A DNA stretch of 24,898 nt from a virus. Taxonomy: Duplodnaviria; Caudoviricetes. Below the pieces are notes generated by a model that saw nothing but the letters and a program-made list of their open reading frames with translations, searched no databases and was not told where the DNA came from. The position numbers were made by a program, and so were the translations under genes. This document shows, in pieces, positions 16,350 through 24,410 of this stretch (positions are counted from its first letter, which is position 1; every line of letters starts with the position of its first letter). The stretch lies in IMG/VR virus record IMGVR_UViG_3300012363_000021, positions 1 to 24,898 of that record. One strand, given 5' to 3'.

Positions 16350-16562
16350 ATGACCTGCTGCGGCCCTCTCAAAGATATCTCGACGATGGACGATTTCATT
16401 CCGGTCTATCTGTGTACGGAGTGCGGCAAACAGGGACCGCCCAGCGCCTTCCCGGATGAGCGGGAGCCCTCCCCAGAACCGATGACTCCGTTCGCACGCA
16501 TGCGCGAGACCGTGGCCGGCGGATTGGATCGCTTGGCCAACTGGATCGCGCCCCGCTACTGA
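16350..16562 (+). CDS. Small Zn-ribbon protein (70 aa)
   Basis: CCG...YLCTECGK; follows R9. Confidence 0.65.
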   Translation: MTCCGPLKDISTMDDFIPVYLCTECGKQGPPSAFPDEREPSPEPMTPFARMRETVAGGLDRLANWIAPRY

Positions 16563-16634
16563 TTTCCCGTTTCACCCGCACGCCCGCCCAGGGCCAGTTT
16601 TTAAAAACCAAACACCTAAAGGAGCAGCACAACT

Positions 16635-17084
16635 ATGGCAGGCAGATTCGCCAAAGGTACCGGTCTATTCGTGGAGGATCTGGCAGCGCCAGGGAACTTC
16701 ACGAAAATCGCCAACGTCAAGGGCATCGATGGCCCGAATTTCAAGGTAGACATCAAAGACACCACCACGCATTCGACGGTGGGGAACTTCAAGGAAAAGA
16801 CCGCCGTTCTGGTGGACGCGGGGCAACTCAAATTCACCGCCAACTTCGACCCCGACGATCCGACCCTCGATCCGGTCCTCGCGACATCGCTGTTCGGTTC
16901 GATGAAGAGCCTGACGTCGCGCAATTGGCAGCTCCGGCTGCCTCCCTCGAATCCCAACAAGCAGATGATGGCTTTCGCCGGCTTCGTCATCGATCACGGG
17001 TTCAAGTTTCCGGTGGCCGACATCCAGGAAGCCATGGTCACCATCGAAATCGACGGCGAGCCGGTGTGGGGAGTCTTCGCTTAA
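16635..17084 (+). CDS. Major tail tube protein
   Basis: IANVKGIDGP, DTTTHST, LVDAGQLKF, FAGFV and VTIEIDGEP motifs; AAGGAG RBS. Confidence 0.92.
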   Translation: MAGRFAKGTGLFVEDLAAPGNFTKIANVKGIDGPNFKVDIKDTTTHSTVGNFKEKTAVLVDAGQLKFTANFDPDDPTLDPVLATSLFGSMKSLTSRNWQLRLPPSNPNKQMMAFAGFVIDHGFKFPVADIQEAMVTIEIDGEPVWGVFA

Positions 17085-17092
17085 TCGGCGAT

Positions 17093-17137
17093 GCGGCCGG
17101 GGATGCTGACCGCATGAGAGCGCCCGGCCGCTTTTTT
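17093..17137 (+). terminator. Probable intrinsic terminator/attenuator after the tail tube gene
   Basis: gcggccggg/cccggccgc 9-bp stem with an inner atgc/gcat stem, followed by T6. Confidence 0.65.
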
Positions 17138-17159
17138 CCATTCGCAAAACCAAGGATCT

Positions 17160-17549
17160 ATGTCAGTCACCATCACGCTTGCGGGCCAAGTCCGCACTCT
17201 GCATTACAATTTCGCGCAGACCAAGAAGTTGAAGAAAGAATTTAAGTTCATGGGCTACGAGGATCTCATCAAGCTCATGCCGGAAGAGTATCTTCCCACG
17301 GCGCTCTACGACGGATGCGTCCAAAAGGAAGGCCTCACGCCGGAAATCATCGAAGGCGAATTGACGGGCCCGGATATCGATAACGCCTTAATCGCTTTCT
17401 GCACGGCTTTTTTCCCCCAGCGCGTAGCCAGGCTCCTTACCTACGTCGAAGAGAACCGGGAGCAACTGGTGAAAAAACTGGAAGCCGGCCTGAAAGCGGA
17501 GCCGCCGGCCGAAACGCCGAGCGAAACGAACAAGCCCCTGATCCAGTAG
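17160..17549 (+). CDS. Tail assembly chaperone (gpG-like)
   Basis: Position after the tail tube gene; ITLAGQVRTLHYNF pattern. Confidence 0.85.
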   Translation: MSVTITLAGQVRTLHYNFAQTKKLKKEFKFMGYEDLIKLMPEEYLPTALYDGCVQKEGLTPEIIEGELTGPDIDNALIAFCTAFFPQRVARLLTYVEENREQLVKKLEAGLKAEPPAETPSETNKPLIQ

Positions 17550-17557
17550 ACGAATGG

Positions 17558-17860
17558 GTGGCGCTCGAAGCCATGTGCTGCCAGACGCTCGGCATGTCCG
17601 TCGCCGAATTCTGGGAGCTGGATTACGAGCGCTACTACGCCCGCCTGGAACGGTGGGAAGCGCAGGAGTACCGCTGGGACCTGCGGTTCGGGACGATCGC
17701 CTCGGCCTATCTGAATTCCAAGCAGAAGGAAGGCGCGACACCTGTCTCTGCCGGCGCCTGGTTCGGATACGCGGATCCCGAAGACCCGGAAGAAGACTAC
17801 GAAATGAGCGTGGAGGATACCGTGGCCTTCCTCAAGCAGAAGTGCCGCCCTCCGGTTTGA
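17558..17860 (+). CDS. Tail assembly chaperone C-terminal frame (gpT-like)
   Basis: LGMSVAEFWELD motif; in the -1 frame relative to the upstream gene and open back to at least 17414. Confidence 0.85.
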   Translation: MALEAMCCQTLGMSVAEFWELDYERYYARLERWEAQEYRWDLRFGTIASAYLNSKQKEGATPVSAGAWFGYADPEDPEEDYEMSVEDTVAFLKQKCRPPV

Positions 17861-17873
17861 GTTCTTAATCTAA

Positions 17874-20800
17874 ATGCTGCTTCAGGAATTGCTGGTCAAA
17901 ATCTCGGCCGACGTAAGCGAGTACACCTCGGGCATCGCCGAAGCCGTGGGCCAGGCCAGCGAACTGGAAAGCGCCTTCTCCAGCCTCGGAGTCGGACTCT
18001 CCGCGGCCGTGACAGGTCCCTTGGTGGCCATCGGAGCGGCCGCCCTGGATGCTGCGGCCAACATCAAGGAAGCCTATAACGCCATTATCGTAGGGACGGG
18101 AGCGGTAGGCGACAACCTCGAATCGCTGAAAGGCTCGTTCGCTGCGGTGTTCGCCGAAGTTCCCGCCAGCGCCAAGGAAGTCGGCGGAGCCATCGCGTTC
18201 ATCAACAACGCGCTCGATCTGACAGGCGCGCCCCTAGAACAACTGACCGCACAGTTGGCCAAGTTGTCGGAAGTGACCGGGACTTCGTTAATGGAGAACG
18301 TCCGGTCGCTGGTTCCGATTTTCAATCAATGGCAGGTGGCCACCCAAGACCAGGCGCAAACCCTGAACTATCTCTGGGGCATCGCGCAGCACACCAACAC
18401 CAGCATGCTGCAGTTGGGCCAGGGGCTGACCGCATACGGCGCGAACTTCCGGAACATGGGAGTGGATCTCGAAGGCACGGCAGCCATCATCGGGGAATTG
18501 AGCAAGCTCGGCATCCCGGCGGAACGTGTCATGGCGGGCCTGGCGAAAGCCGTCAGCAACATGTCCAAGGCCGGGGTGGATACCTCGGACGGTTTCCGGC
18601 AGGTCATCGACTACATCAAGATGGCCTCCACCGAAGCGGAGGGATTGAAGCGCACGCTCGATATTTTCGGAGCGAAGGGTGGCGGCCAAATCTTTCAGGC
18701 GATCAAGCTGGGCGGCCTCGACGTGGACCCGCTCACCGCGCAGATGAAGTCCTACAACGCCTCGATTGCCGAGACGCAGGAAAAAACCAAGACCTTCACG
18801 ACGGTTCTGAAAGAGGAATGGAACAAGCTGCAACTGGGCCTGGCCCCGGTGGGCACGTCCATGACCAACACGCTGAAGGACGCGCTCCTGGCGTTCGATC
18901 CGCTCATCGCTGCCATCGGAAGATTGGGAACGGCGTTTGCATCGCAGCCGGAGAGTTACAAAACCATCGAACTGGGCATCGTCGGGATTGCGGCGGCGGC
19001 AGGCCCGGCCATTCTCGCACTCGAAAAGCTGAACGCCTGGGTGATCTCACCCGCGATTGCGGCGCTCAGCTCGACGCTCGGGCCGGGCGGGATGATCGGC
19101 GAATGGATGGCCGGGACCGTCAGCCTGTCGGGGACGGCGGTTGCGTTGACTGCCGCGCTGGCCGCGCTCGCTCTGGCGTTCGCGGGACTCGCCTTCGATG
19201 TGGGCGGGGCCGCCACCAAGCTGGGCGGGTGGCTCGACAATCAGGGTATCAATCTCTTCGAAATCCTGAAAGGGGCGGCACTAGGAAAAAGCCCGGCAGA
19301 GATAGCTGCGGCCAGCGCCGAGGCCTCTGCCAAGACGCTCGGCGACCGGGCGACGGACAAGCAAGCGGCGGCTCTCACCAACGCCTACGGGAATGCTTTG
19401 CAGCCCGGCTCGGATGCCGCGAACGCTGCGGCGGACACTCCCGAGGGTAAGGCAGCAGCCGCCAACGCCGTTGCCATTGCCAAGGCCCGAGAAGCGGCCA
19501 AAAAAGCGGCCAAGGAACTGGAAGAGGCGCTGTCCGTCTTCGGCCTGAAATCGCAGGAGGAGTTGGTCAAATTCCCTGCGGCGCTCGAAAAGATCGGCGC
19601 GGCCTTCGATCATGGGGCCTTGAGCGCGCAGCGATATGGCTTGGCCATCGAAGGAGCCATCGCCAAGGAACTGAGCGAAGCGGAGAAGCTGAGCAAGAGT
19701 TCCTTCGCTGTGGAATTGTCCGGCGCGGAGACCAAGGGCTTCCAGAAAGACCTCGCGGGCTTGAATACGGACCTAGCCGCCGGGCGGGTTTCGCTCAAAC
19801 AGTATGTGGAGGCGCTGAAGGATCTGCAGGACCGGTTCGCGGCGGCGACCGGAACCTCCCGTCAGAACGCGCTGAAACATCTGGGCATTCCGTCGCACGA
19901 AGATTTACAGGAAGCCTATGCGGATGCGCAACGCTACTATGCGCAGATCGTCGCCGACGCAAATCATACCGCGCAGGAAGAAAACCTGGCCTTCGAGAAG
20001 AAGCAGGCTGCCGGGCAGCAAGTGGACCCGCGGCTAATTGCCTACGCGCGCGTCGGGGTTACGCCCCAGGAGGTGCTTCAGCATTCCGCGCAGGTCGCGC
20101 AGGGCGATCTCGATAAGGTTTGGAACGACGCGGGCGCCACTACCGCTCAGAAATTCGCCACCTTCCAAAAGACCTATAGCGCGATCGCCGCCACGGACCC
20201 GACCAACAACGCGCTGCTGCGTCTCAATATTCCCTCGCGGACGCAGCTCGAAGAAGGCGCCAAGGCCGCGCAGGCCGACCTCGATCAGGTCATGAACGAT
20301 GCCGCCACCAGCATCGCTCAGAAATTCGCGACCTTCGAGAAGACGTACAGCGCGATCGCCGCCGCCGATCCGACCAAAAGCGTGCTGCTGCGTCTCGGAA
20401 TTCCCGACCGGACGCAGCTCGAACAACACGCCAAGGCCGCGCAGGCCGATCTCGATCAGGTCATGAACGATGCCGCCACCAGCATCGCTCAGAAATTTGC
20501 GACCTTCCAGAAAACCTACAACGACATCGCCGCCGCGGACCCAACCGACAGCGCGCTGCTGCGTGTCGGGATTGCCTCGCGGAAGCAGCTCGAACAAGGC
20601 GCCAGAGCCGCGCAGGCCGACCTCGATCAGGTAATGAACGATGCCCGCACCAGCATCGCTCAGAAATTCGCGACCTTCCAGAAGACCTATGAGACCATCG
20701 CCGCCGCCGACCCGACCAAAAGCGCGCTGCTGCGTCTCGGGATTCCCGACCGGACGCAGCTCGAACAACACGCCAAGGCCGCAGAGGCCGACCTCGATCA

Positions 20801-23273
20801 GGTCATGAACGATGCCGCCGTCACCATCGCTCAGAAATTCGCGACCTTCCAGAAGACCTACAACGACATCGCCGCCGCAGACCCGACCAAGAGCGCGCTG
20901 CTGCGTCTCGGGGTCTCCTCGCATACGCAGCTCACCGAAGAGGACAAGGCCGCGCAGGCCGACGTCAATACCGTCCTGAACGATCCGCGTTCCACCAGCG
21001 ATGAAAAATACGCGGCGATTCAGGCAGCTTCCGCGAAGAAACAGGCCGCCGATCCGCGGTTGTACGCCTTGCAACGATTAGGCGTGCCCGCCCAGACAGA
21101 CTTGAATGAAGCCGCCAAGGAGGCTGCGGATTATTACAATCGCATCGCCGGCAGCGCCAAATCCACAACGCTCGAAATCGGTCAGGCGTGGTATGCCATG
21201 ATCGACAAGCAGATCGCCGCCGATCAGCGTCTGAGCGCCGAAACCATCGCCGCCTATGTGGCCATCCGGGGCAATGCGAATTCGCAAATGCTGGATTTCG
21301 GCAAGGCCATCGAAGGCCAGGTGGAAACCGCCTTCTCGGGAATGAGCAAGGCCATCGCCACCAATCTGGTCACCTGGAAAGGCTGGAAAGATTCGGTCCT
21401 CAACATCGCCAAGGAATTCGCCGTCGGCTTCTTGGATATTTTCATCAAGCAGGCCCTGCTCCCGCTCGAAAAAGAGGCGGCCAAACTGGCCGTCACTCTG
21501 GGCACGAAACTGGGCAGCGGATTGGGCCTGTTCGGTGCGGCGGGAAAGGCTGGCGTCGACGCTGCCGTGGGTGCGGCGCCCGCAGCCGCCATGCAAGCGG
21601 GCGATGCGGCCATTCACTCGGCGGTCGATGCAGCCACGGGCGCAGGGGTCGATGCGGCTACCGGTGCCGGGGTCGATGCGGCTACCGGTGCAGCCACGAA
21701 TGCGGCGGGCCAGGCAGCGACCAAAGCTGTCAGCTCCAGTCTCATGGCCACCGTCGGCGCGATAAGCAGCGCCGTCACCGCAGTGACCGGCGTCATCGGG
21801 GTGTTCCAGACCATGCACATGGAGACGGCCCTCAAGGCGATCGTGGAGCACACCCTGCGAATTTTCAACGAGACGTTCAATCGGAGAAAAGACGCGTGGG
21901 ATCAACACATCGGTTTGATGGCCAAGCTGGACGACATCTGGAAAACCGTCGGGGAAGGCTTAGGAAATCTGTTCACGCGGTTGGGAGAAGTTTCGACGGC
22001 CCTCGCAAACGGGATCACCGTGAACGCCGGAGGAGCGGTTCCGGAATCGCCTCCCGCTGCTACTACATCTCCGACGCCCACTCCCGAAGAAGACGCCGTA
22101 GCCAAAGCGCAGAAGGACGCGGATCAAGCTAAGATCGACGCCGCGAAATCGGAATACGATGCCGCGATGGCTGCCAAAGCAGCCTCTGATAAAGCTATGG
22201 CGGACGCGCAGGCGGCGGCCGATGCAGCCGCAGCCGCGGTTCCCAATCCCGCCACGACTCCTCCGGTTGCGGGTTTCGGAGGCGGAAACCCCGCCGCCGC
22301 TCCGGTGGGCTTCGCTTCCGGCACGCCGCTTCCCGAGAATCAGAGCACGGTCAACATGCTGACGGTCCTGAATCAGACCTGCGGCGAGGGATTATCCGCG
22401 ATCCTCGCGCAATTGCAGCGGATGACGGGCTTCGGCGGAACGGGAACCGGAGCGGGCGGCGGCGGCACGGGCGCGGGCTCGTTCGCTCAACCGTCGTCTG
22501 TGCCTTACCAGCCGGGAACCTACGGCGGCGGCCCCTCTGCCGGCGAGATCGCAGCCAACGACAGCAAGAACAGCGTCATGGCGGCGCTCGCCTCTACGAC
22601 GGTAGAGGAATTTTTCGCGGACCTGAAGAGCCTTCCCGATGCCGCGCAATCGGTTGTCGAACAGGCCACCGCGAATATCGACCGCACCGCGCCGGGAGCA
22701 CTCGACAAGCTGAAAAACGGTCTCGGCATGTTCGCGCAGATGGCGATCGATGCGGCGGCGGGAGTCACGACCGGCATGGGCGGCGCGGCGGCGGCGGCGG
22801 GAGAGACGAGCAGGAATTTGGCGTCGCTCAGCAAGGTACTCGACGGCGTAGTTGCCTGGAATCCGGATGGCTCGATCGCGTTCGGCAGCGCTCCGGTGAC
22901 GCATCTCGATCCCGTCAAAGGACCGCCAGTCGGGATCTCGCGATTAGACGGCGTAGCTGCCTGGAATCCGGATGGCTCGATCGCGTTCGGATCTGGCCCG
23001 GCGACGCATCTCGATCCGACCAAGGGACCGGATTTTGGGCTCACCCGCGAGGGACCGATCAACCCGACCACCGGGCTCCCCTACGTCTACGGAAACACGC
23101 CCTACATCCCGTCATCCATCGATGTCAGCCGGTACAACAACACGCCCGATACGATCTATCCCAAAGCCTCCGACCTGGCACCGACCGTCTCGGTGCATAT
23201 CCACGACAACACGTTCCATTCCAGAGAAGACGCCGCGTACATGGCGCAACTGATCATCAATCAACTGAACTAA
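17874..23273 (+). CDS. Tape measure protein (1799 aa)
   Basis: ELLVKISADVSEY start, GLSAAVTGPL, Ala-rich helical body and internal repeats; synteny. Confidence 0.96.
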   Translation: MLLQELLVKISADVSEYTSGIAEAVGQASELESAFSSLGVGLSAAVTGPLVAIGAAALDAAANIKEAYNAIIVGTGAVGDNLESLKGSFAAVFAEVPASAKEVGGAIAFINNALDLTGAPLEQLTAQLAKLSEVTGTSLMENVRSLVPIFNQWQVATQDQAQTLNYLWGIAQHTNTSMLQLGQGLTAYGANFRNMGVDLEGTAAIIGELSKLGIPAERVMAGLAKAVSNMSKAGVDTSDGFRQVIDYIKMASTEAEGLKRTLDIFGAKGGGQIFQAIKLGGLDVDPLTAQMKSYNASIAETQEKTKTFTTVLKEEWNKLQLGLAPVGTSMTNTLKDALLAFDPLIAAIGRLGTAFASQPESYKTIELGIVGIAAAAGPAILALEKLNAWVISPAIAALSSTLGPGGMIGEWMAGTVSLSGTAVALTAALAALALAFAGLAFDVGGAATKLGGWLDNQGINLFEILKGAALGKSPAEIAAASAEASAKTLGDRATDKQAAALTNAYGNALQPGSDAANAAADTPEGKAAAANAVAIAKAREAAKKAAKELEEALSVFGLKSQEELVKFPAALEKIGAAFDHGALSAQRYGLAIEGAIAKELSEAEKLSKSSFAVELSGAETKGFQKDLAGLNTDLAAGRVSLKQYVEALKDLQDRFAAATGTSRQNALKHLGIPSHEDLQEAYADAQRYYAQIVADANHTAQEENLAFEKKQAAGQQVDPRLIAYARVGVTPQEVLQHSAQVAQGDLDKVWNDAGATTAQKFATFQKTYSAIAATDPTNNALLRLNIPSRTQLEEGAKAAQADLDQVMNDAATSIAQKFATFEKTYSAIAAADPTKSVLLRLGIPDRTQLEQHAKAAQADLDQVMNDAATSIAQKFATFQKTYNDIAAADPTDSALLRVGIASRKQLEQGARAAQADLDQVMNDARTSIAQKFATFQKTYETIAAADPTKSALLRLGIPDRTQLEQHAKAAEADLDQVMNDAAVTIAQKFATFQKTYNDIAAADPTKSALLRLGVSSHTQLTEEDKAAQADVNTVLNDPRSTSDEKYAAIQAASAKKQAADPRLYALQRLGVPAQTDLNEAAKEAADYYNRIAGSAKSTTLEIGQAWYAMIDKQIAADQRLSAETIAAYVAIRGNANSQMLDFGKAIEGQVETAFSGMSKAIATNLVTWKGWKDSVLNIAKEFAVGFLDIFIKQALLPLEKEAAKLAVTLGTKLGSGLGLFGAAGKAGVDAAVGAAPAAAMQAGDAAIHSAVDAATGAGVDAATGAGVDAATGAATNAAGQAATKAVSSSLMATVGAISSAVTAVTGVIGVFQTMHMETALKAIVEHTLRIFNETFNRRKDAWDQHIGLMAKLDDIWKTVGEGLGNLFTRLGEVSTALANGITVNAGGAVPESPPAATTSPTPTPEEDAVAKAQKDADQAKIDAAKSEYDAAMAAKAASDKAMADAQAAADAAAAAVPNPATTPPVAGFGGGNPAAAPVGFASGTPLPENQSTVNMLTVLNQTCGEGLSAILAQLQRMTGFGGTGTGAGGGGTGAGSFAQPSSVPYQPGTYGGGPSAGEIAANDSKNSVMAALASTTVEEFFADLKSLPDAAQSVVEQATANIDRTAPGALDKLKNGLGMFAQMAIDAAAGVTTGMGGAAAAAGETSRNLASLSKVLDGVVAWNPDGSIAFGSAPVTHLDPVKGPPVGISRLDGVAAWNPDGSIAFGSGPATHLDPTKGPDFGLTREGPINPTTGLPYVYGNTPYIPSSIDVSRYNNTPDTIYPKASDLAPTVSVHIHDNTFHSREDAAYMAQLIINQLN
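19869..21236 (+). repeat. 171-bp (57-aa) tandem repeat in the tape measure gene, ~8 units
   Basis: Unit starts at 19869, 20040, 20211, 20382, 20553, 20724, 20895 and 21066; central units near-identical, outer units degenerate. Confidence 0.95.
21624..21695 (+). repeat. 24-bp (VDAATGAG) x3 tandem repeat
   Basis: gtcgatgc units at 21624, 21648 and 21672. Confidence 0.9.
22839..23030 (+). repeat. 105-bp (35-aa) duplication near the tape measure C-terminus
   Basis: LDGV.AWNPDGSIAFGS.P.THLDP.KGP at 22839 and 22944. Confidence 0.92.
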
Positions 23274-23282
23274 CCGGACTGT

Positions 23283-23338
23283 GTTGCCCTTTGCGCCGGT
23301 ACGTAAGGGGCGAGGCGGGCGCGGGCATCCAGGAGCGG
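23283..23338 (-). repeat. Boundary repeat, reverse copy L11
   Basis: Reverse complement ccgctcctggatgcccgcgcccgcctcgccccttacgtaccggcgcaaagggcaac, 9 nt after the tape measure stop. Confidence 0.9.
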
Positions 23339-23464
23339 GGCAGGCGGTGGGACCTGGCGCGACGCGAAATCCGGTTGCTACATTCCCCGGTTGCTGCATT
23401 CCGAATCGCGCCAGTAGACGAAGCACCGACCAAACGAACCTTGGCAGGCACCGGAACCATCATG

Positions 23465-23523
23465 CGCGCTCTCGGTTCCCCGCGTCAATCGCTCGCCTAG
23501 CCCGTTCGGGCGCAAAGAGAATC
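23465..23523 (+). repeat. Boundary repeat, forward copy R10
   Basis: cgcgctctcggttccccgcgtcaatcgctcgcctagcccgttcgggcgcaaagagaatc shares ctcgcctagcccg and cgggcgcaaagagaatc with R7. Confidence 0.9.
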
Positions 23524-23548
23524 CACACAACGGAGTAAGAACTTTTTT

Positions 23549-23947
23549 ATGGCAAGTCTCAGATATGCAGCGGGCCTCGAAGGCATCGGCGACCGTACCG
23601 TCGACATGCTGGGCGGGGACATCCGCGTAGCGCTGGTCTCCTCGGCCTATACCCCGAATGCGCTCACTCACAAATTTCTGTCGGATATTACCGGCATCGT
23701 AGCTCGCACTCCTGCCCTCACCGGCAAGACATTTACAGGCGGCGTATTCGACGCCGACGACGCGACCGCACCCACGGTTACCGGAGCGGTTATCGTGCAA
23801 CTGGTCGGCTTCCTGCACACCGGCTCGGATGCGACCGCGCGCTTGATCTGGCTGAACGATACCGGAACCGGATTGCCCTTCACTCCCTCGGGCTCCAACG
23901 TGCCGATCGCTTGGGACAACGCCAGCAATAAGATTTTCTCCCTCTAA
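23549..23947 (+). CDS. Minor tail/structural protein (132 aa)
   Basis: Follows the tape measure gene; DIRVALVSSAYTP...FLSDI...LTGKT...FDADD...PSGSNVPIAW pattern seen in phage structural proteins. Confidence 0.8.
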   Translation: MASLRYAAGLEGIGDRTVDMLGGDIRVALVSSAYTPNALTHKFLSDITGIVARTPALTGKTFTGGVFDADDATAPTVTGAVIVQLVGFLHTGSDATARLIWLNDTGTGLPFTPSGSNVPIAWDNASNKIFSL

Positions 23948-23970
23948 AACTCGCAAAAGGATATTCACAA

Positions 23971-24357
23971 ATGAGTCTCGTACTCGTAAATCAGGGTGAG
24001 AGCCGCGTGCTCACCAACTTCTTCGCGGACACCATGACACTGCGGCTGTTCGCGAATAATTACACGCCGATCGAAACCACCACAGAAGCGAGCGTCACCG
24101 AAGCGTCCGGCTCGGGGTATTCGTCCAAGACGCTCACCGGCGGATCGTGGACCGTCTCGGGCACGGCCCCCACTCAGGCGGCGTATGCCACCCAGACCTA
24201 TACCTTCACCGGGGCGCTGGGGAACGTGTACGGCTACTACGTCACGCGCAATAGCGATTCGAAACTCATGTTTGCGGAACGATTTTCGGACGGCCCGTAC
24301 AACATCCAGAACAACGGCGACACCATCGATGTGACACCGGTCTTCACACAGGACTGA
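23971..24357 (+). CDS. Minor tail/structural protein (128 aa)
   Basis: LRLFANNYTP...TEASGSGYSSKTL...W...VYGYYV...NGDTIDVTP; AAAGGA RBS. Confidence 0.8.
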   Translation: MSLVLVNQGESRVLTNFFADTMTLRLFANNYTPIETTTEASVTEASGSGYSSKTLTGGSWTVSGTAPTQAAYATQTYTFTGALGNVYGYYVTRNSDSKLMFAERFSDGPYNIQNNGDTIDVTPVFTQD

Positions 24358-24410
24358 GAGTGTGACTGCCTTCGATACGCTCGATAGCCGACTGCTTTTG
24401 ATCCGAGCCT

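Noticed and set aside
21635-21651. ccacgggcgcagggg resembling the 3' end of R8 inside the tape measure gene
   Set aside because: Explained by the VDAATGAG coding repeat; the upstream motif blocks are absent.
19869-23030. Internal repeats as DGR template/variable repeats
   Set aside because: In-frame tandem units whose differences are not adenine-specific; no reverse transcriptase in the window.
23257-23463. Antisense 68-aa ORF between L11 and R10
   Set aside because: Its ATG placement matches other cargo ORFs, but it runs through L11 into the tape measure stop and looks non-globular; at most a remnant.
426-23523. Repeat family as a CRISPR array or classical integron attC array
   Set aside because: Copies are dispersed, divergent and in both orientations, with no regular spacers, no RYYYAAC/GTTRRRY boxes, and no cas or intI gene in the window.
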